This document shows positions 7,823 to 14,152 of a DNA stretch of 14,152 nt, one piece after another. Where the stretch lies: the NCBI GenBank assembly GCA_039208735.1, contig JBCCQY010000195.1:1-14152 (forward strand), read 5' to 3'. The translations under genes were made by a program, and so were the position numbers. Each line of letters starts with the position of its first letter. The stretch's first letter is position 1. This DNA comes from Myxococcota bacterium (GTDB lineage Bacteria; Myxococcota_A; UBA796; GCA-2862545). A model generated the notes under the pieces. The model ran no database searches. It had not been told where the DNA came from and saw nothing but the letters and a program-made list of their open reading frames with translations.

Positions 7823-8779
7823 TCAGGTCACGACAGGCGTGGTGACCCTTCGGAATACCTCGGCGTAGCCGTGCACGGTGTTCACTGGCGTGGTGGCACC
7901 GAGTTCGACCAGTTTCCGATGCAGAGCCGGAAGCTGCCAGTGGGGAACGGCCATGATGAGGTGGTGCTCGAGGTGGTAGTTCACATGGTGGGGCGCAAGG
8001 AACAGCCGCCCTAGCACCCCGACCCGCGTCGTACGCGTGTTGGCGAGGGGATCGTCGGTGCGGGGCATGCAGGCGTGTTCGGCGATCGATCGATTGCGAA
8101 GAACTACGTTGAAGGTCGTGAACCAGGCACCGATCCACAGCAGATAGAGTTCGGGGTGCCCGAGGAACCAGAGCAACCCGAGCAGTGCCCCATTCGTGAT
8201 CGCAACCGGAGCGAGGTTGCGCAGACCTGTCGCGATGCGGTCCCCCAGCGGACGCGCAGATGCTCGGCGCAACCCCGTCGATGCGGTGTACTCGATGAAT
8301 CCGAAATCCATGGCCAACAAGGCCAGCGTCCGTTGGGCGGCGGTCCGGCCTACGAGATCACGGATGAGCTTGCGCAGCATGGACCGTCGCGTCGTGGGAA
8401 ACCCTGTGGTGAGCCCCAGGTCGGGGTCGTCGTCGCTGCCGGTATGAAGATGGTGAGCCTTGTGGTGCGTTCGGTAGCGATGCAGGTCCGTCCAGATGAA
8501 GGCGCCGGAAAGCCACACTCCTGCAAGGTCGTTGAGCCAACGCGTGGCAAACAACGAGTAGTGGGCGCATTCGTGCGTGAGGATCGCAAGGCCGAGTTGT
8601 CGGGAGCCAATGAGCGCCAGCGCAACCAGCACGGTGCCTACGTTGGGCCACTGGGCGACCAACGCCATGCTGCCCCCAATGAGGGACCAGTCGACGAACA
8701 CAGACCACCAACCTTGCAGGTCGCTGGCACGGGTGAAGGAGCGGATCTCCTCTTTCGACAGCAGGTCTGTGGCCTTCAT
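7823..8779 (-). CDS. membrane fatty acid desaturase family protein (~318 aa)
   Basis: Three His boxes HECAH, HKAHH and HLEHH, plus AEH and hydrophobic segments. ATG 8779 has GGAGG upstream and overlaps the upstream gene's stop (ATGA, 8776-8779). Confidence 0.92.
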   Translation of the reverse strand: MKATDLLSKEEIRSFTRASDLQGWWSVFVDWSLIGGSMALVAQWPNVGTVLVALALIGSRQLGLAILTHECAHYSLFATRWLNDLAGVWLSGAFIWTDLHRYRTHHKAHHLHTGSDDDPDLGLTTGFPTTRRSMLRKLIRDLVGRTAAQRTLALLAMDFGFIEYTASTGLRRASARPLGDRIATGLRNLAPVAITNGALLGLLWFLGHPELYLLWIGAWFTTFNVVLRNRSIAEHACMPRTDDPLANTRTTRVGVLGRLFLAPHHVNYHLEHHLIMAVPHWQLPALHRKLVELGATTPVNTVHGYAEVFRRVTTPVVT

Positions 8780-9540
8780 CCGGACACCTCCTGAAGGTTC
8801 AACACGTGCCGCCAAACCCGGCGGCCCAACAAGTCAAAGGCGCGCATTTCGGTTGCGAGGGCACGCCGGGCTTCGACATCGACCATTTGTCGGGGAAGCC
8901 GCGGATCCAATGCCAGCGTCCGAATGGCGGCGCCGCCTGTGTTCCAGGTTTCTCGAGCGGCCTCAGGAGGAGACAACGTCGGCACCTTGGCCGTTGAAGT
9001 GGCCAAGGCCGTTCGGTGAGCCGCGTACGTGGCCGCAAGTCGATCGCGGTCCCACAACGCCTCTGCGGCTTTCTGATCGGCTCCCAGCTCGCCAATCGCG
9101 AGGACCGGGGCCTCGACGCCGAGGGCGTGAAGCCGCTCGCGGAGGGGTTCACGAAGGTTGTTGGGCCGAATCTCGAGGCCGGGTCTGAACGTGCGGAAGC
9201 CGATCAGGTCGAGGGCTCGCCGACGGGTGCGGAGGGTCGCTCGGGCGTCGGACAGTCCACCGGTGGCGACGCCAACCCAATCGCAGTGCCAAGGCCGAAC
9301 GCGCTCTTCGAGGGTGCGCCAGGCATCGACCTCACCGGCTAAGGGGGCCGCCGCTCGCGCCATGCGCCAACGACCCCGCGCCACCGGCTCCACCAGCCCC
9401 TGGGTCGACAACCTGGACAATGCGACCCGAATCGTACCTGACTCGATCCCAAACAGCTCCCCTGCCCGAAGCAAGTCGCGTACGTCGATCACGGTGGCGT
9501 GAACGCGAAGGAGATTGAGAATCAGAGCCTTGGGCTGCAT
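8776..9540 (-). CDS. PaaX-family transcriptional regulator (~254 aa)
   Basis: N-terminal winged HTH (PKALILNLL...LFGIESGTIRVALSRL...G), central LDLIGF...PGLEIRP, and C-terminal PaaX_C-like DPRLP..M....AR. Start is ATG 9540 (preferred) or 9558; no obvious SD sequence. Confidence 0.88.
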   Translation of the reverse strand: MQPKALILNLLRVHATVIDVRDLLRAGELFGIESGTIRVALSRLSTQGLVEPVARGRWRMARAAAPLAGEVDAWRTLEERVRPWHCDWVGVATGGLSDARATLRTRRRALDLIGFRTFRPGLEIRPNNLREPLRERLHALGVEAPVLAIGELGADQKAAEALWDRDRLAATYAAHRTALATSTAKVPTLSPPEAARETWNTGGAAIRTLALDPRLPRQMVDVEARRALATEMRAFDLLGRRVWRHVLNLQEVSG

Positions 9541-9548
9541 CAATGGTT

Positions 9549-9588
9549 TGTTACCCATTGCTACGATAAGGCGCAATGTCTTGTAACA
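9549..9588. promoter_or_regulatory. candidate PaaX-family operator TGTTAC-N28-GTAACA
   Basis: Perfect 6-bp inverted repeat (9549-9554 / 9583-9588) with a 28-nt spacer immediately upstream of the regulator ATG. An inner CATTGC/GCAATG inverted pair is also present (9556-9561 / 9573-9578). The geometry matches the E. coli PaaX operator (TGATTC-~N27-GAATCA). Confidence 0.55.
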
Positions 9589-9784
9589 TCTGGCTTCGAA
9601 GCGGTGCCAAAACCGCAGGCGATCCTGGTCAGTACGGATCTTGTTCTGGGGGTCGTAGAAAAGGGGTCGTCTAAAATAAACTTTGAATCTTGACTATTCT
9701 GCCTTCATGGCTCAGTCGTAAAATCCAGTCGCGGTCGGGCTTCGCTTGCCGTAAGGTGATGCCCTACAACCCGGGAGGACCCCG

Positions 9785-12700
9785 ATGAGGACCATGCTAC
9801 TAGCCATCTTTATGGGTGGCGGACTGGTCGCATGTACGGGCGACGCAGAGGACAAGAGCGACACCGACGCCGACGCCGATGCGGACGCAGACGGTGATAC
9901 CGATGCGGATACCGATGCAGACACAGACGCGGACACCGACGCTGACACTGACGCCGACACCGATACCGATACGGGGCCAGTGACGCAGGCCTGCCCGCAG
10001 GGCAACATCAACGGCCCAGGCACCTACAACGGCAACATACTCAACTATACGAATGAGCACGATCCCAGTTGTGGTGGTGGAACCTCGCGTGAGGACGCGA
10101 ACTGGGAGTTCACCCCCACGAACTCGGGCGCGTGGCGTTTCGACACGTTCGGGACCAACTACGACACCGTGCTTACGGTGCTGGATGGATGCCAGGGCAA
10201 CGAACTGGCCTGCAACGACAATACGGGCCTGTTTGGCCAGTCCGAGTTGAAGTACTACTTCGAAGCCGGCAACACGTATATGATCAGTGTCGATACCTTC
10301 AACGACCTCACCGTCATCGGGAACGGAGACGTGGCGCTTGAAGCCACGGAAGTGTCGACCGAAGTGTGCGACAACGGACTCGATGACGATGGGAACGGCC
10401 TGGCAGACTGTCAGGACGCGTTGGGGTGTGATGTGGCCCCGAGCTGTTGTCCCAACGACATTGCGCCGACGCCAGGCTCTTACACCGCTCCGCAGCCGAC
10501 GAATGACACCAACACGCCGACGTGCGGATACAACCCCGGCCCTGACCTGAGCTGGGAGTTCACACCGACGGTGACGGCCGAGTACCTCCTCAACACCTTC
10601 GGGAGCAGTGTAGATACCGTCCTGTCAGTGCGCGACCGGTGCGGTGGCAACGAGCTGGTCTGCAATGACAATGGTGGTGCAGGTTACTACCAAGAGTCGG
10701 AAGTGCGGCTCACGATGCAGGCCGGTCAGACCTACATCATTTACGTCGATGTTGGCCCCTACACGCAGTACTACTACTCCGACATTGCGCTGGAAATCAT
10801 CGAGCTACCGCCCGAGATTTGCGACAATGAGATCGATGACGACCTCGACGGAATGGTCGACTGTGCGGACCTCAACTGTGCAGGCGACCCGAATTGCACT
10901 ACGGAGTTCTGTGACGACCTTGCCGACAATGATGCAGATGGCTTGATCGACTGCGCGGACCCGGACTGCGTGAACGCTCCGCTTTGTGGCCCCGAGGTTT
11001 GCGACGACGGCTTTGATAACGACGCCAACGGTGCGGTCGACTGTCTCGACGTGGCTTCCTGCATCCAGGACCCCGCTTGCTGCCCGAACAACGTCATCCT
11101 CTACGAGGGCTCCTATCAGGACGTCCTCACGACCGAGCAAAACCTCAATACGCCGAGCTGTGGCTACGGCGACGGCTTTGACAAGAGCTTCGAGTTCACG
11201 CCGGTGACGACCGGTGATTACGTGATCGATGCGCTTGGTACGACCTTCCCGGCTATCGTCACCGTTACCGATGGCTGCGGAGGCGCGGAACTCGCGTGTG
11301 AAGTTGGCTACGGTGGCGCGGCCCAGATCGTGACGAACCTGACGGCCGGTCAGACCTACATCATTCACGTCAACGCCGCCAACAACTACATTACCGAAGG
11401 CAATATCTCCCTTCAGGTGGGCCTGTTCGGCGCGGAAGTGTGCGGGGACGGCCTTGATAATGACGCCAACGGGTTGCCCGACTGCCTCGAGACTGCGTGT
11501 GAGGGAGACGCCTTCTGCTGCCCCCGCGACACGATTCCAAGCCCCGGCTTGTATTCGGGCGTGGTCAACAACACGGTCAACATCACGACGCCGTCCTGTG
11601 CTCCGTACTATGGTGGCGATGGCTTCGATTCGAGCTGGGAGTTCACTCCCAAGGTCTCGGCTGACTACGTCATCTCGACCGAAGGTACGAACTTCGCGAG
11701 CATCGTATCGGTGACCGAAGGGTGCATCGGCCGTGAGATCGCCTGTGATGACTCCGGTGCCAACTACTACTACGGCCAGGGCTTCGATGGATCGCAGGTC
11801 CTGGTGCCGCTCACGGCCGGAGAAACCTACACCATTCACGTCAGCACGACGTCGACCTACAACCTCGGTGGAAGCGTCTCGCTTGCCGTGGCAGAAGCGG
11901 GCCCGGAAGTTTGCGATGACATGATCGACAACGATGGTGATGGTACGCTCGACTGCTTCGACTCGGATTGCATTGGGTTCCCCGTTTGCGATGAGGTCTG
12001 CGACGATGGCCTCGACAACAACAGCAACGGCCTGATCGACTGCCTCGATACGATCACCTGTGGGGTTGACGCCATCTGCTGTCCGTTGCAGGTCCTGCCG
12101 GGAACCGGAACCTTCACGGCAACCGTCTCGACGGACTCCAATGTCAATGAGCCCTCGTGTGGCGGCAACCGCGGACCGGACACGAACTTCGAGTTTACCC
12201 CCAGCATGTCGGGTATCTACCGATTCGATTCGTCAGGCACGACATTCGGCTCGATCGTCAGTGTGACGGAAGGCTGCGGTGGTGTCGAAGTCGGATGTTC
12301 CGATACCGGTGGCTACTACTATGGGGCCGGCACGGTGCTGGAAGTTCGTCTCGACGCAGGTACGACCTACGCCATTCACGTCGACGCCTTCTCGAACTAC
12401 ACCTACATTGGCACGGGTGACGTCACGATCGACGTGAGCCTCCTTCCGCCGGAAGTGTGTGACGATAACCTCGACAACAGTGGCAATGGCCTTGAAGATT
12501 GCCTCGATACCGTGGCCTGCGGTGGTGATGGGGCCTGCTGCCCCGCCAACTCGGTGGCCGCGGTAGGAACGTTCACCGGCACGACGACCGCGGATTCCAA
12601 CACCAACGAACCGTCCTGTGGATTCCCGAACGGGTTTGACACGAGCTTCGAGTTCACCGCGCCCGACACGACGGACTACATCATCAGCACGGCGGGCAAG

Positions 12701-13417
12701 GCCTTCGACAACGTCCTGTCGATTCGCGACGACTGCGCCGGTAACGAACTCATTTGTCAGGGCAACGGCCCGGTGGCCGAAGTCGTGCTTAGCGCAACGG
12801 CAGGCGAGACCTACACGATCTACGTGGACGCCTTGTTTAACTTCACGCCTCTCAACGGTGGCGGCACGACGCTGAACATCCAGGAGCTCGCGGCCAGTGA
12901 GATCGACTGCTTCAACGGCGTCGATGACGACCAGGACGGCGACCGTGATTGTGATGACTCCGAGTGCCTGACGACGCCCGGTTGCTTCGAGATCTGCGAC
13001 GATGGTGTGGACAACAACAGCGATGGCCTCATCGACTGTGTCGACCCCGAGTGTGCGTCCGACGCGGTGTGTTGCCCGCTGCAGCTTGCGTATGGCGTAG
13101 GCAACTACTTTGGCGATACCACGGGTCTGGGCGACATCAATACGCCAGACTGCGCCTACAGCAACGCCCCGGACGAGACCTGGGAGTTCGTGGCCCCCGC
13201 GGACGGCGTGTACACCTTCGATACGACGGGTACGTTGTTCGACACCGTGCTCTACGTTCTCGATGCCTGCGGCGGAAACTCGCTTGCGTGCAACGACAAC
13301 GCGAATGGCACCGCGCAGTCCGAAGTTCAGGTCTTCCTTTCGGCTGGCCAGACGGTCACCGTTGTGGTTGACGGCTGGGGCCAGGAGTCCGGACCCTACA
13401 CGCTGAACATCCAGTGA
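9785..13417 (+). CDS. large modular surface lipoprotein (1210 aa): lipobox, Asp-rich tether, 7 PPC-like beta-sandwich repeats and 10 Cys/Asp-rich putative metal/Ca-binding repeats
   Basis: RBS GGAGG at 9774-9778; signal peptide MRTMLLAIFMGGGLVA|C (Cys17). Seven ~115-125-aa domains share CP...PsCg...D..[WF]EFT....Y..dt.Gt.fd.vl.V.dgC.G.ElaC......l.AG.TY.I.V. Ten E[VI]CDxxxDxDxDGxxDCxDxxC repeats lie between them. No catalytic domain recognised. Confidence 0.9.
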   Translation: MRTMLLAIFMGGGLVACTGDAEDKSDTDADADADADGDTDADTDADTDADTDADTDADTDTDTGPVTQACPQGNINGPGTYNGNILNYTNEHDPSCGGGTSREDANWEFTPTNSGAWRFDTFGTNYDTVLTVLDGCQGNELACNDNTGLFGQSELKYYFEAGNTYMISVDTFNDLTVIGNGDVALEATEVSTEVCDNGLDDDGNGLADCQDALGCDVAPSCCPNDIAPTPGSYTAPQPTNDTNTPTCGYNPGPDLSWEFTPTVTAEYLLNTFGSSVDTVLSVRDRCGGNELVCNDNGGAGYYQESEVRLTMQAGQTYIIYVDVGPYTQYYYSDIALEIIELPPEICDNEIDDDLDGMVDCADLNCAGDPNCTTEFCDDLADNDADGLIDCADPDCVNAPLCGPEVCDDGFDNDANGAVDCLDVASCIQDPACCPNNVILYEGSYQDVLTTEQNLNTPSCGYGDGFDKSFEFTPVTTGDYVIDALGTTFPAIVTVTDGCGGAELACEVGYGGAAQIVTNLTAGQTYIIHVNAANNYITEGNISLQVGLFGAEVCGDGLDNDANGLPDCLETACEGDAFCCPRDTIPSPGLYSGVVNNTVNITTPSCAPYYGGDGFDSSWEFTPKVSADYVISTEGTNFASIVSVTEGCIGREIACDDSGANYYYGQGFDGSQVLVPLTAGETYTIHVSTTSTYNLGGSVSLAVAEAGPEVCDDMIDNDGDGTLDCFDSDCIGFPVCDEVCDDGLDNNSNGLIDCLDTITCGVDAICCPLQVLPGTGTFTATVSTDSNVNEPSCGGNRGPDTNFEFTPSMSGIYRFDSSGTTFGSIVSVTEGCGGVEVGCSDTGGYYYGAGTVLEVRLDAGTTYAIHVDAFSNYTYIGTGDVTIDVSLLPPEVCDDNLDNSGNGLEDCLDTVACGGDGACCPANSVAAVGTFTGTTTADSNTNEPSCGFPNGFDTSFEFTAPDTTDYIISTAGKAFDNVLSIRDDCAGNELICQGNGPVAEVVLSATAGETYTIYVDALFNFTPLNGGGTTLNIQELAASEIDCFNGVDDDQDGDRDCDDSECLTTPGCFEICDDGVDNNSDGLIDCVDPECASDAVCCPLQLAYGVGNYFGDTTGLGDINTPDCAYSNAPDETWEFVAPADGVYTFDTTGTLFDTVLYVLDACGGNSLACNDNANGTAQSEVQVFLSAGQTVTVVVDGWGQESGPYTLNIQ
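9860..9973 (+). repeat. coding low-complexity repeat: 19 consecutive D-[T/A/G] dipeptides (aa 26-63)
   Basis: DTDADADADADGDTDADTDADTDADTDADTDADTDTDT directly after the lipobox, encoded with mixed synonymous codons (GAC/GAT; ACC/ACA/ACT/ACG; GCC/GCG/GCA/GCT). Confidence 0.95.
10361..13075 (+). repeat. ten intragenic ~29-30-aa Cys/Asp repeats arranged 1-3-1-2-1-2 between the seven beta-rich domains
   Basis: Repeat starts (Glu codon) at 10361, 10814, 10904, 10994, 11435, 11906, 11993, 12452, 12899 and 12989. Confidence 0.9.
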
Positions 13418-13423
13418 TGTGGG

Positions 13424-13452
13424 TCACGCTGATGCCGCGGGCATCTGCGTGA
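13424..13452. other. stem-loop directly after the lipoprotein stop (TCACGC-T-GATGCC / GGCATC-T-GCGTGA)
   Basis: 12-bp stem with one central mismatch and a 3-nt loop; no U-tract on either strand. Possible 3' stabiliser or pause/terminator for the convergent gene. Confidence 0.5.
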
Positions 13453-13471
13453 ACGACGTCTCGTGATGCAG

Positions 13472-13505
13472 GGCCTCGACATCTTCTCGGTGTTGAGGCC
13501 TTTTT
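13472..13505 (+). terminator. Rho-independent terminator of the lipoprotein gene
   Basis: Stem GGCCTCGACATC (13472-13483) pairs with GGTGTTGAGGCC (13489-13500) around loop TTCTC, followed by TTTTT (13501-13505). Two G:U pairs form only on the + strand transcript. Confidence 0.8.
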
Positions 13506-13516
13506 CATTGGGAGGC

Positions 13517-14152
13517 TTAGGTCCAGGCGAGTTGGCTCCGCGTGTCCCAATAGGCGGCGGCGTCTTCGGCGGGTGCGACGTCGACCACCATTCGCCCGAC
13601 GTCCGAAGGCACCAACCGGGCTTGGACGTTCGAAGCCAGGTGGTTTTGCGTCGCCGCACCGCTAAGGACCACGTCAACAAAGGGCTGGCTCATCGCGGCG
13701 GCCAGGGCGAGCGCGTCGAGCCCAATGCCCAACTGGCGGGCCTCGGTTCGCCAAGGGTGATCGGGCGAAAGGGGGCCTCGATCGGTGAGGCGACCGTTTG
13801 CCAGGGCCTCCTTTACGATGACGCCGAGGCCCGCGTCGTAGGCCTCCATCAGGGCGCCACCAACGCTTCGCTCGAGCAAGTTCCACGTCGCTTGTACGGC
13901 TTCGAACACCCGAGCCCCTCCTCGCTCGATGGTCAGGGCTTGACGCAGCGTGTCGGCTTGTCCGGGTCCTGAAAGTGACAGTCCGACCATCGTGCCTGCG
14001 TCACGGAGGTTGGCGAGCCGATCCACAAGCTTCGGTTCGAACGCGCCGCTGTCCAACGTTGCGGAATGGACCTGGTAGAGACCGAGGTGAGCCCCGAGTT
14101 CGCGATGCGTTTCGGCGAGCTGCGCGGTCGAGTGTTCCTTGACCTCGTGAAC
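13517..14152 (-). CDS. aldo/keto reductase family protein, C-terminal part (5'-truncated by window edge)
   Basis: Frame is open from 14152 (VHEVKEHS...LGLYQVHSATLDSG). AKR motifs: YQVH, VGLS, VQATWNLLE, VIVKEALANGRL, VVLSGA...HL.SN. Stop TAA at 13517-13519. Confidence 0.9.
   Translation of the reverse strand, partial: VHEVKEHSTAQLAETHRELGAHLGLYQVHSATLDSGAFEPKLVDRLANLRDAGTMVGLSLSGPGQADTLRQALTIERGGARVFEAVQATWNLLERSVGGALMEAYDAGLGVIVKEALANGRLTDRGPLSPDHPWRTEARQLGIGLDALALAAAMSQPFVDVVLSGAATQNHLASNVQARLVPSDVGRMVVDVAPAEDAAAYWDTRSQLAWT

Noticed and set aside
7749..8138. N-terminal extension of the 208-aa ORF 7512..8138 and of ORFs 5016..5927 and 5529..6353
   Set aside because: The extensions overlap neighbouring genes and are not protein-like. 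Internal starts with good RBS (7748, 5573, 5706) coincide with where family similarity or hydrophobic character begins.
8776..9540. Calling this gene paaX of a phenylacetate catabolic cluster
   Set aside because: Only family-level similarity, and no paa catabolic genes are in the window.
9577..9784. Riboswitch (e.g. c-di-GMP-I) in the lipoprotein leader
   Set aside because: Diagnostic conserved motifs were not found by eye and only a simple hairpin is visible. An Rfam scan would be decisive.
9860..9973. Possible CRISPR array or phase-variable microsatellite
   Set aside because: In-frame coding repeat with degenerate codons, no repeat-spacer structure and no cas genes.
9712..10023. Minus-strand ORF with (SVSA)n repeat
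   Set aside because: It is simply the antisense reading of the (DT/DA)n tether.
10673..13417. Diversity-generating retroelement target (AAC/TAC-rich variable loops)
   Set aside because: I saw no reverse transcriptase and no near-identical template/variable repeat pair differing only at adenines. The domains are diverged at all base types.
14100..14152. Apparently short segment after HEVKEHS in the aldo/keto reductase (possible small in-frame deletion or pseudogene)
   Set aside because: The frame is intact, the region is at the window edge, and the comparison rests on memory of homologs. It needs an alignment.

Overview
GC-rich bacterial window, probably Myxococcota/deltaproteobacterial (inferred from the Asp-Thr/Asp-Ala-tethered, Cys-rich lipoprotein style). 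It holds ten supportable CDSs. On + are two tandem paralogous GT-C-type (AftB-like motif) membrane glycosyltransferases with long C-terminal extensions, the first cut by the window edge. Next come an unknown multi-pass membrane protein (-) divergent from a phospholipid-scramblase/LURP-one-like gene and an extended SDR reductase (+). A minus-strand cluster encodes a PaaX-family regulator, a translationally coupled fatty acid desaturase and an orphan ParD-like ribbon-helix-helix protein. A 1210-aa modular lipoprotein (+; 7 beta-rich repeat domains, 10 Cys/Asp-rich repeats) ends in a clear intrinsic terminator, followed by a truncated aldo/keto reductase (-). I saw no RNA genes, mobile elements or CRISPR arrays. 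The best candidates for undescribed biology are a PaaX-type regulator with a PaaX-geometry operator (TGTTAC-N28-GTAACA) apparently controlling a desaturase, the lipoprotein with variable Tyr-rich loops, and the duplicated GT-C proteins. All family assignments come from motif recognition by eye, not database searches.
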